From NCBI GenBank assembly GCA_973895155.1, contig OZ316891.1, forward strand, positions 17,792,095-17,856,094: a stretch of 64,000 bases of DNA. The letters are read 5' to 3'. The position numbers and the translations under genes are program-made. Below are positions 38,501-50,209 of the stretch, piece after piece (positions within the stretch are counted from its first letter, which is position 1; the number at the start of each line of letters is the position of its first letter). A model generated the notes under the pieces. The model did not search any database. It had not been told where the DNA came from and saw nothing but the letters and a program-made list of their open reading frames with translations. Source of the DNA: Marsupella aquatica (taxonomy: Eukaryota; Plantae; Marchantiophyta).

Positions 38501-41500
38501 TATAACCACTGTCATGGTGTATTCTGCATGAGTTACAGCTATAGTTCAGTATTATTATGTGTATTGTTGTGGCTTGAGTAGAACGTTGCAACTTTGCAAT
38601 TGGATTTGAGGATGTGGTTATCCTTGTGATATCTCTTACATCCAGTGCTTGATGAATCTTTTAATGGGAGTGGTTTGCAGGCTGCAACTTAAGGGGGGGA
38701 AAGGGACTATACCTCAAGATGTGGTGGCGGCCCTGAAGGTCGGTTTGTCACTATATGTGTATGAAGACTGGCAGAACTGTTCTCATATCCATCTAAGCTA
38801 GTAAAAGATACTTCTGACGTGGTAATGGTGCAGTTGTGAACTCGTCAACGTTATTGTGATTTTTTTGGACTGCATCTCTACCAAAAACCTTGGGAAAGTC
38901 TTGATAGCTCTGTGTTTGCAGGTCCTCTCATTTCTGAACGAAGCGAACAAGAAAGAAGTTTTGGTTCCCTATACAGAGTTTTATAGCTATGCAGTCAGCG
39001 ACAGTATCAGCTATCAAGTAATAACTTTCATAAATCTACGATGACGCTTTATATTCGTCAAAGTTTGCGTACTGAATGATATATCGTGAATTTGTCAACT
39101 TGCTTTGGGGGCTGAGGTGTATCATGCTTGTTCTATCGCAGGAACAATATATGAAGTGGTTGCAGGCTCGGACTCAGACTGAGAAAAACAGGCCAGTTGT
39201 TTCATATTGTCAGGTATTGCATTCTCGTCATTTGGTAAGGAAAGTGCTAAGAGGAGAAAATACAGTAGAACACTTTCCAGATTTTGAATAAGAACTTGAA
39301 CTTCTTAGAGAATAGCAGGAACATGCACAACTCTCTACATAATGGCAGGAAATTGAATAGAGTAGAAAGAAATCTGTCAACAATGGAGGACCAATTGTTG
39401 GTTCCAGTTTCTTGAGGGAATCAACAATTGGTCCTGGAATCCGATTCAGCATTAGTCGGAGAAGTCGAAGGATGCAGAAAGTTTCGGATGATAGCTAAAC
39501 CATACAATAAATTGCGGTAATCCCGCTGTTGTAGTACAGGATGCTAGAATATACTGTAGCATCGGGTTACTAGTTGCTTACTTATGCGACCTTTATATTC
39601 TTTGATTCTGGACGTCGGGTAGTTTAAAGCGAGCCAAGGTCTACATGGAGTATTTAGTAGTCTTATGTGTGTCGTGACTGCCGTACAATGACAGGTCCCA
39701 TTCATTCTTACGCCCGATGCAAAAAGCAAGATTCTACAGGTATGCTATTAGCAATCGGAAAGTGGCAGAGTTGGTTCACAAGTAGATTTGTGGCACACAA
39801 AGATGTTGATACGATGAGAGGCTGGAAGTAAAACGATCATGAAGCTAGCCGGACAGCTGGCTCTTGAAGCTTGCGTGCCTCGTTCTGAGATTCGTCCTTC
39901 TCTCTCATTTGTAACATCTGCATGATGTGGTTGACCTGATTATGCGAGCCTGTTCTTGCAGGGAGAAGCATCGATGTATAAGCACAAGGTTGTGCAAACT
40001 ACTGTGGTCAACCATCTTTTTGGGAACAGTTTCAGCATCCCTTTTCTGGTTCTCAATGTACGTATATGGTTCAATTGATAAGTGATTTGCACAGATTCTG
40101 GCATCTGTCCCTGTAATTTGGCGAACTACGATCGATCAGTTAACCTTGCCAGTCGGGATCGGTCAATTTCCACTGCGGTCTGAAATGGGAAGGAGGGATA
40201 TGTCCTTCACACAATAGTTGCATGAAAGTTTTATTAAAGGTGAGCTTTCTAAGACTTTCCTGACATGACTGGCAAGGAAATTTTACTGACAATAGTACTC
40301 GTTTGATCGATTATTAGATCCGAAGAACGCACATTATCCACGACACCTTGCTACAATTGCAAGAATATCCTACTTACGATTTTAAAAAGCCGCTGAAGGT
40401 AAGATGTCGTCCCTCCTTCAAGTTCTCAACAACGTGTAGGTAAGCAGAGCCCAATGTGATGAGAGCTAAACCAATAATGTCAATTCTGCCTGAAGGAAGC
40501 CGCAAGTTTTCTAGTGTTGTGGATTTGACTGTTAAAAATTGCACCAGGTGGTATTTGAAGGGGAAGCTGGGATTGACGAGGGAGGCATAACGAAAGAGTT
40601 TTTCCAACTTCTGGTTCGTGAACTTTTCAATGTGAGCTATGGTAAGAATTTCAGCATCAAATCCTGTTCACTGTGAAATTATAAGCTGCTACAAACCCGC
40701 TGTATGTTTGTCAATTTTGGCTCTGTTGGTCCCTGTGGACTTAGTGTGCGTTGATGTTTTCGGCTGTTCATTCTTTCAAGGGTGTCTGTCCTGTAGTTCA
40801 AGTAGAGAACTCCGTGTGACTTTGCATCATGTCTTCTAGATGTGTTAGAGATAGTTTCCCGGTTCAAGATCTGTTCAAGTTTATATCCTTTGATGGCCGG
40901 TTGTGTTGAAAAGTTTTCCCTTTCGGATTGTGATTCAGGAATGTTTACCTACAATGAGGAGTCACGCACAATTTGGTTTAATGTAAATTCCATGGAATCG
41001 GAAAGTGAGTTTCGTCTGGTAAGTGTGAGCCCATTGCTACACTGGCACTTCGGAAAATTTCATGGATGTACATGTTTAAGTTGTTGATTATTACTTGTTG
41101 CAACATTGCAAGGAATTAGGAGTCCGTGATTCTCACCCTACAATCTGTTCATGGACATGAGTAGAATGCTTTCTTGACGGGAAATATACCACTTACAATC
41201 GGAATTTGATGTTCTTCAGGTTGGGATAGTGTTGGGCCTTGCTATATACAATGGTGTGATTCTCGATATTCACTTCCCTATGGTACCTTCACAGGCCAAA
41301 TTTGTGCTCAATGCACACCAAATGCACGCATGTTTTAGCTGCAGTGCTGTCAATTTGCTCCTCCCTCCATTCTCCGGTTACTTTATTGGCTGACTATAGT
41401 GGCTTTTAGGAAATAGGCAGTAGAGTTGCATGCAATAAAGGGCTTTCAATTATCGAACGAAATAAGAAACAGATATGGATCAGTTGTCTTATCATTTTGA

Positions 41501-43420
41501 TTGATGAATTGTTCATGAAGGTTTGTATCCGTTAGCTAAGCTAGAGCGTATCTGCAGGTTGTCTACAAGAAAATAATGAAGATGACGCTGAATTTGGATG
41601 ATCTTAAAGATGTTCAGCCTCAATTATGGAGAAGTTTCCACCAACTTCTTGATTTTAATGGAGACGTGGCCAACACGTTCTCTCTAACTTTTGAGGTTTG
41701 CTTCCCTTGTGGATTGCCGATCTGGCTCAGTCGTTGGTTGCAATGTTCTCCAGTTGTTCAACGAATCATTATATGATTAGAATTTGCTTTTCTGGACCTA
41801 AAAGGCGCTGTTCATGCAGGTGTCGTACGAGTACTTCGGAGAAATTAGGACACACGAATTGGAACCTAGAGGAGCAGAGATTTTGGTCACGAATGAAAAT
41901 AGAAGGAGGTGGGGTGTTTTCTCACATTATTCATCCAGCAGTATCATTTTCTGTCAGCCAAGTTCCTGCTCAGTGCCTTCTGTTTTTCCGGTTTTAAGGT
42001 AATCAATGGAGTATATCTGTTTCGTTGCCCTACGGCATAACTTCTGTTCATGTCCTACTCTCAGATATGTCGATCAATATGTGACGTATCTGTTGGAGGA
42101 TTCCATTGAAAAGCAATTTAAAGCTTTTCTTACTGGATTCATGCTGGTATTATCCATTCTCCTGTTTGGTTGTTACCCTTGACGTGACTTTTCGTTTCCT
42201 TGGTAACTTCATTCTTTGGAATGCACAATTAATTCCCGGAAATCTCAGTAGATCTGCTTTGTCATCTGGTTGAAAGGTTTGTGCTGGGCCAGCTTTGAGC
42301 TTATTCCGACATGAGGAGCTGGAATTACTCATTTGTGGACTACCTCATTTTGACTTTGACGTAAGTTGGAACACAATGGCCACTCTCTGGCTTTATGCAG
42401 ACTCATTAATACATTCTTTTTTGTCTGGCTTAGTAGAGATTACAATTTCGAGTCCAAATCTTAGTAAAGTTCTCTGGCGGATGAGTTCGGGTTTTAAGTA
42501 CTAAAATGCTATTGTCGTATTTGATAGGCATTGGAGCGAGTGACTGTCTACCAAGGCGGCTATACAAAAGACAGTAAAGTTGTGCGGTGGTTTTGGGAAT
42601 TGGTAATGACTGGCTGCCTATTATATCCAGTGTATTGTCTTTTCTTTTGGTGTTTGAATTGTAGATTGGACTGGCAATCCCGAAGTAACCTCGTCAAAAT
42701 CATTCCAATAAGATGGCGAATAAGGCTATATGCCAACATGTTGAAAAAACACTAGAAAAACGCAACAGATTTATAAATAATGAATGCATGCAATGATTCC
42801 ATCAAGGCGTATTGTTGCTCAAGCAAAGTTGGCAGGGTGGGAATGAATTAATCCCCCTTATCTGGCTGGTAGATTGCAACCAGTAAACTGAAGCTAAGCT
42901 GCAACAACATATGGACTAGACTTTGAGACATATGCAGAGTACTTTTTTACCCGCAGTTTCCTCGTGATAGCTTTAACACAATGAATGCAGACGTGGATCA
43001 GTTTTTAGTTACTTTTGTCAAAGATGCCCTAACTGGGCATGAGCTTATATGTCCAGGTCAGAGCAATGCCTCTTGAAGGAAAAAAACAACTTCTCTTCTT
43101 TGCAACAGGCAATGATAGGGCCCCCATCGGTGGTCTTGCATGTCTCAAATTCATCATACAAAAAAATGGGGACGATACGGACAGGTACCTATTTTATTTC
43201 CCAGTCCTCTTCACTTACAAAGACTGGTTTTTCAGGCCATTGGAAGAGTTCAGTGTGATCGGCATTCTGATCAAATTTGCCCTGAACTTGCCCCCACAGG
43301 TTACCAACGGCCCACACCTGTTTCAATGTCTTCATGTTGCCAGAGTACGGTAGTAAGCTAAAGCTCGAGAGCCGCCTCAAAATAGCAATTCAAAATTCTA
43401 CAGGTTTCGGTTTGCAATGA
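29595..43420 (+). CDS. RCC1-repeat + HECT E3 ubiquitin ligase (small HERC / HERC3-4-like), 32 coding exons, ~1099 aa
   Basis: Exons 29595-29601, 31268-31411, 31948-32106, 32490-32654, 32987-33105, 33331-33378, 34019-34183, 34618-34811, 35015-35158, 35257-35524, 35748-35862, 36395-36477, 36685-36774, 37849-37892, 38165-38231, 38410-38495, 38681-38738, 38922-39017, 39142-39213, 39695-39739, 39962-40057, 40318-40398, 40548-40641, 40939-41018, 41220-41282, 41558-41695, 41820-41908, 42065-42146, 42277-42360, 42528-42602, 43057-43184, 43300-43420 (3300 nt, in frame). RCC1 blades ([26 protein letters not shown]). HECT motifs [35 protein letters not shown] and catalytic LPTAHTCFN. Confidence 0.93.
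33574..33681. repeat. 55-bp tandem duplication inside a HERC intron
   Basis: agtat.t.tcgcttcctcactgagtgcaaaag.aaaa.gcagatgctctgtga starts at 33574 and 33629. Confidence 0.9.
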
Positions 43421-44230
43421 CAGAAATTGTAGGCCATTGATTCCCTTAAATGAAATATTTGTGTGATATTGAAAATAATTTATAGTCTTTCTGGGCTTTC
43501 AACTGCTCTTTTCATTCAATTGTTATCTATGAAACTCGACCAGAGGGAAACGAAACGCAAGGTGCTGCCAAAGCAAAGTGGCTCTGACTTCCTTCTATCG
43601 GAGGTTAATAATCATTGTCCAATTTTGAACAATCATCATACCGAATATAACCTTTTTCATCGTGCCTTTGATTTAGAACGAGGTTTCTATCCATCTATCA
43701 CTTCCATCTATCACTTCCATCTATCCTTTCGGTCAGTCCTGAATTCCGAAGAATAGCTTGGACTATAAGTCTGCTCTAACAGCTTGTTTGGACCCAACTG
43801 CAGCAACCTTTTCCCTACTCTCAATCTTGGAAAACTGAACTTAATTCTTCCCATCCTACTTAAAAATCAAACTGATTCTTCAATTTTTGTATGTAACGCA
43901 ATTCATCCACGGAGGGAAGGCAAAACCCACGCCTTACTTACTGGAGAAGCAAACCCCAAATACATCCATGGCAAGAAGGCAAAACCCACAACCGGATCCC
44001 AAGACGAATGTGTCCATAATCTAAATGAGAAATGGAATTTCCAGGCACCTCGACGACTTTTCCCGTGGTTTTAGTATCTAATGTCCGGGATGAACGGCCT
44101 AGATCAGCTTCCTTCCGTAGAAGCAAACTCCTGGCTCTCAAGATGCATTCCATTTAGGTTGGAAATATGGGTTGTGTAGCTAATCTACTTCACAAGATTA
44201 GACCGTATCTGCCAGTTTGCACTAAGACTT

Positions 44231-44388
44231 AGCTGGTGACATGGACAGCATCGTATGTAGCGAGTGGCAGAGTGCTTGTGAACATGGACAGCGTCGTGAG
44301 TAGTGAGTGGCGGAGCGCTGAACATGGACAGCATCGTATGTAGTAAGTCGCAGAGCTGGTAAACATGGACAGCATCTCATGTAGCGAG
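44231..44388. repeat. Minisatellite, 40-43-bp unit x4
   Basis: acatggacagc(a/g)tc..(a/g)(t/a)gtag.(g/a)agt.gc.gag starts at 44239, 44282, 44322 and 44363. Confidence 0.9.
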
Positions 44389-45570
44389 GAGTCTCAACCA
44401 TTGAAGGGATAGCAACTTGTTCTGATTTTCTTGATCTTCGACGGTAGATAAATCTGGCGAAGGAGGTTGCTCAACTCACTTGAAATGCCACGCGATAGGC
44501 CGAGTAATAACCCAATCCCGCAAGGGGGTACTTAGTTGGAGACACTAGCAATCATCATGGTGTCGTCCCGAATCAGAGTCAGCGGATTCAAAAGATACGT
44601 GAGGCTTTTCTGATTCCATGTTCGAGATCCGATGTATACATTATCTTCGTCTGTGGATTGTAGATGTTCCGTCGTCTACCAGCTCTTCAGAGGCCGGGGG
44701 CCTTCACTGAGCAGCTATGTCAGGGGCAGGCCGCCGCGCAAGTAAGCTCGGTAAATTGTATTATACGTTCCGCTTCGAAGGACGACTCGGTAGCCCGGAG
44801 CAAATCACTTAGCTCCGTGGCAATTTCAGGCTTTACTTGAATATTCAACATTGTTGGAGATCCTTGATTATTTTTAGTCAGCGCGTTGAAGCCGTGTTGG
44901 AGGCCTTGTTTGAGGCATTTCTAAACAATTCCATGTTGGATATCCAGATTACACATTTAATCTACCGATTCAAGACGTATTTGAGGCTTTCCCAGTAGAT
45001 TCCACGCTGGACATCCAATTCATGCATTTATGTTAATCTGCAGGTTCGAGAGATTGTACATTCCATGTCGGACATCCAACTTGCATACGCAGTCCTTGCA
45101 TCGTCACCGTAGTGCGAGAGCTTAACAAATGGAGAGCGGCGGTCGGGTGGCCGTACCGATGAGATCCCGATTGGTCAAGGATGAAATTCGCTTCGATCCT
45201 GTTAAGGGATCATATGCCCAGACAATGCGTTGTTTAGCCGATCTAATAAGGGTAATGATCCGGCTTCCATCCCGTAGTAAAGCCAGGTGACACATGTACG
45301 GAAGGGCATACAATTCTGCCTTAACAGTATTTTATCCCATCAGGATATGTTCATTTATTTCACAGTTGCATCTTTGATTCCTTGAGATAAGATCTACAAG
45401 AGTTTCTTTAAATAATTCTTAAAAACATAGCCTGCCTTGAAGTAAGGGAGAAATTGATCCCGCCACAGAATAGGATTGGGGTCCAAATCTTGGTCCCAAT
45501 TAAGGGCCCTTTCAAAGGAGTATTATATACTTGAGCAGATCAACCTGGAGACAACCGTTGAGTAGCATTC

Positions 45571-48500
45571 TTAGAGTAGATCATCAAGGGGTCGAAGCTC
45601 TGACGGTAATCCTTCTGAACGACCAGAAACAACATCTTCCTGTAACATTGGCCTCTTGCCCAAATCTCTCATGATGCCTTCAGCTGTATGTGTTTTGCTC
45701 GGCGTGAGCATCACATAGTTTGGATCTGCCCTCTCATAGCTGCGAAAGATGCATCCAACACCATTCAAAGAGTTTAGTTATCGGATTTGAATCTATGAGC
45801 AGAAACTCGAAGCTAAAGAGATAATTAATGTTCGAGAAAATTTCCAAGAGTTTGGACACAGTTTAATTAGAGCTTCTTTACCTGACACCACCAAAATTTT
45901 CAGTTCGAACGCCAAAGCCATAGCGTGGCTTGCCTGAAAAATGATCTTTGGCCACTGTCATACAAACAAGGAACGATCGGTTACGTTCTGTTTCGGCTTG
46001 GGCTTGATGTAATGCACTGAAGTACGGAAAACCAGAAGAGTGACGTGAAATCTTCCCATCAGACATGCATAGCAAAGTGGCTCCAGCCAGTAAACTAAAC
46101 CAACCTGCGAAAGAAAATGTGAAAGATGGCTGCCACCAGGACTTGAAGCACAGGGCCAGGCTTGAGTTCATCGAGCCGAGTTTAGCCTGCGTCAATGGGC
46201 AGGAAGAAATAATCGATGAATACGCTTTCTCGTCATTTCTCAAAGTACAGCTAAAAGAAGCATCTACAACAACCAAATTGACACGAACTAGGCTATGATG
46301 ACACGTGACCCCTGGCTCTAGGATGGACAAACCTTGAATAGAAAATTCTTGTTCGCTTGCCATGACCCTCCTAGTTGCATATTTGTCTGCTGAGAAGTAC
46401 TTGATGCAGATTCACGAAGTCTGCAAAGCAATTCTCCGCACTAAGTTTCCCTTCAACCGTTTTTTGTAAAGAGAGAAATCAAGTGCTTCAGAGAATGATT
46501 TTAATTCATCAGAAGAGCAAGGATCAAGGTTAACCTTTGTTCAAATTCAAACCCGAGATCGATGTAGTTTGTAATTCCAACAACATCAGCTTCTTCGAAA
46601 GGGTTTTTTACCTGCATACATGTGGCAGACATTCAAAAACCAGTAATTGCAAGATAGATCTCAGTTCCGTGGAAATTACACCTTTAACTTGAATTCGAAG
46701 AATGACAACGGGGCCGACAGATGGAAGTAAACATGCTGCTACTTTGATCACATCTATACTTCTCAGCTACGATATATAGTTTGAACCGTCTAGTGTGTAC
46801 AGTTAGGATTCACAGTCAAATTAGAAATGAGGGACTCACCCGCCTCTGAACCACCAAGTGATGATAATATGAAGCTATGAGCTGTACCACCAAGGGACGT
46901 AACCAAACAACGAAAACCTGTTAGCTAACTCTCATAAAACCTTTCATATGTGTTCAATTTTATCAGAAAGCAATGTCGATAAATTGTTGCTTCAAGTAAG
47001 CTTTGTGCATCACCTCAAACATTCCATATATAATAATTTCAAAAAACCAAGTGATCCATGCCTGACATTCAGGAAGACATGTACCTTGTAATCACCGCAG
47101 ACTTCTATGCAAAACCCGAAGGAAGGATTCAAGGGCCCCTTGCCAGAAGTGCCGTAGTCTATTGCAACACTCCAATTTCTTGGATCATCCCAATTCTTAA
47201 ATTCAGGGTCACCGAGGACTGCGCAACAAATTGCTGACTCATACTCAATTTTAAACACGTGACATAGAATGCGGATCAAGTGAATTCATCCTTAGGTTAG
47301 CTAGACAGAAATCATTTCACTGAAAAATATGAGCTTCCCAGAGAGTATTAAAGTGGACCCATATTCACCTCTTTCATTGGGTAAACAACTCACAAATGGA
47401 AGAATTCTCTTACCATCTGGTTTGTACTGAATACCGGCTGTGATTGGTCCCAACTTTCCCACAACCCATGCCCTAGCATGCTTGACACTCCCTGCATAAA
47501 TCTAGATATATTACAAAAATTGATATCTGTTCAATGTATTTTTGATCCGCCAAACATATTGTCCTTCGAGGTGCAGCTCAAACTAAATTGAAATTTGAAA
47601 AATAACAATAACAATTATAGAATTACAAATACAAATACAAATAGAAGACGGGGAAAAAAAGAAGTGCGATAATTGAAAACATGAAAACATAAAAAAAACT
47701 GCAAAGAAACAAATTTGGTCTTCCAGGGGTTTTCCCTTCTTTTCTCCCCTTTATTGGGTCTCCTGCCTTGGGATGGCTGGGCTTTTTGCTTTTTGGCAGT
47801 GTGATATATGAAATGTAGAAAATAAACTAGACGTGCGCATGATATTGTCAGACGTGCTGAACCAATCTGCTTCAACATTTCAAAGTCATTGTTGCAAGAC
47901 AGCAGTGACTACACAGTGCTTTAGAACAACATTGACGTAGTTAGCTATTGATGAATGCAGAAAAACCACACTAATTATATTCATAAATGGCACACGATGA
48001 AAAGTTGAAAACCATACTTACTTGCGAGTGGAGAAGCTACGGCCCCAACGGAGACTTTGTTAGTTGAATAGCGCAATCCTATGATGCCAAAGTCGTCCAC
48101 CTCCACTCTGCATTCATGGCAGAGATGATTATGAGCATTGGATAAAACTTCTACATCTAGGGTAACAAGTTAATTTGTGAACCCACAAGCTCCTGCATGA
48201 GAATAATCCGCATCTTTTGCCATCAAACGGGGAGAACTTACCGACGGTTGGATATGATTGGTGCAGATGCAAATACTCCCAGGCCTGTTACTGGATCGAA
48301 ACTGCAAGCCCTCACCTTCAAGACGCTTTCTTGGTCCAAAAAAAAAGGTAATTAGTTAGTGTCATCCTGTGTCCAGGAAGAATGAGTAATTTAGAATTGT
48401 GTAGAATTACCCAAGCTCATGTATTGAGACTGATGTGATCCAGGAAAATCCCAAAGATGAGAGCAGCTAGAAAATGGCTAGTGCCAACATATCAACATGG

Positions 48501-50209
48501 TCCTCGACTTGAGCCTCCAACAAGGATATTTAACATAAACTGGTAAGAGAGAAGAATACTTGTTACTATTAGAGACCGTCACATCAAAAAATGTGTTTGG
48601 ATCCACCCAATCTCTGCAGCACAAGTGAACCAAAATCAGACCTCACTTGTGTCAAGCTTTCTTTCTCTGCAAATACAGAACTAACGCATTTCGGCGTCAA
48701 TGTTTCTTGCTTACTGCCGCTGCTGGCCTAGATTTGTTTTTTGTACGACCAAATAAGTGTCCGGAAAACCGTTAACAATTATCTGTCTCTACTTTATGTC
48801 AGTCCACACAGGGTGCTTACATATTCCTACAAATCGATACAATGTCGGTTTGGTAAGCATGATTTAGTAGCCTTAGCCGTGCTTCATGGCTCACCTCTGG
48901 AAGCGAAAAACTGCTTCTCCAGTAAAGTCGGCCCCAACAACATCAGGGCGGGGGGTTCGGACCTGCCACAATTGCATCTTTCAATGAATGCTGACAAATT
49001 TGAGCAATCTACGTTAATGACAACTGTCTTCCCATGCCAGCAAAATCAACCAATCCAAATGAGAACAAACTTCCAAGGTGTCAACAGAAACAAAAAGAAG
49101 TCTGGCATATACAGTGGCCGTGACGTCCACACGAGAATCGTGTGGAGGTTGTAACATAATCCGTCCCAGTAATTGGTCAGCCTCTTCAAAATACTCCCGA
49201 AAAAGCCTAGCCCGTGCCAACTTGCTGAAGAGTATGTCATAGGATGACTCGGTCATCCTGCAAGCCATCCAGTTGTAACATATTACATTGCTTGCCACTA
49301 CCTTCAAAAGGTGTTTCAATTGATTGTTGGCTCTCCATTTCTTGATAGCACAACTTTGAGAAGAGCTCCCTGTTCCCTGAAGACTGAATCTCATCTCAAC
49401 AACTTCACATCACAACTAATCCGATACGAAAGTACAGATCTTGCCTCCGAAATGAAGGTCATGTTGAGAACTGTCTAAGATGGATAAATGTCAACATCCA
49501 TGCTGATCTGAGATCAGAAATACGATTCTTCTTCATGACTGAAATACAAAACTGTTGGAAACCACCTCTGTGGCTCGCAAATTGAATTCCAGATGAGGGC
49601 AGCCATTTAATTCTCCAATCTTCGGACCTGAAGCGAATCCAAATCGGAGCTACTGGCTTTGCATTACCGTGAGGACTCATGTAGAAAACGGTTCTTTCCT
49701 ATTTATCACACTAATTATCACAATACAAAGTCCAATTCATGCAATAGCGTCCTTGAAAAATTCAATCCATCTAGAAAGATTTTCAGAAAACAAATGGTTC
49801 AATGAGAGGACCTAAAATCCACACTACATAACAAAAGAAAATAAAAGAAAAAGGTAGGCTTGTTTCCAAGTTCCTGGATCCGGTAATACTAAGGTGTCCC
49901 ACATTATTAATTGCCCATATTCACTCTTTGTAAAGTCGATTCCAAGTGTTTCGCTTCAAATTTCAATGAATTTCTGGTAAAGCTAAGTGATGAATGGCAG
50001 AATGGGGACCAAAAAATGTGTAAAGACTTCCAAATCCGAGGGGAGAGCAAGGTAAGAACCAAGGCGGGCAGAGCAGATGGAAGACAGTCGAGCGAGGAAT
50101 TGAAAGAGGCACGGACGAACCGAGATCTCGAGGCCAGTTCAGGCCGTTCGAAGAGCGGAGGAACGAGAACCACTGGAGGAGGTTCTTCTTTCGGAAATAT
50201 GTTCCCCAT
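45571..50209 (-). CDS. OM47: OM47-like plant mitochondrial outer-membrane beta-barrel protein, 14 exons, ~422 aa
   Basis: Exons 50209-50121, 49257-49113, 48962-48895, 48613-48560, 48325-48242, 48107-48022, 47491-47414, 47218-47085, 46881-46840, 46611-46535, 46420-46333, 46186-46105, 45954-45882, 45739-45571 (1269 nt). MGN..EEPPPVVLVPPLF, ESSYDILFSKLA, YHHLVVQRRVKNPFEE..VVGITNYID, WQANKNFL, FKSWWQPSFT and YERADPNYVMLTP match my recollection of Arabidopsis OM47 (At3g27930). Confidence 0.88.

Noticed and set aside
44231-44388. CRISPR-like regularly spaced repeat
   Set aside because: The 'spacers' are similar to each other, so this is a tandem minisatellite. The context is eukaryotic and there are no cas genes.
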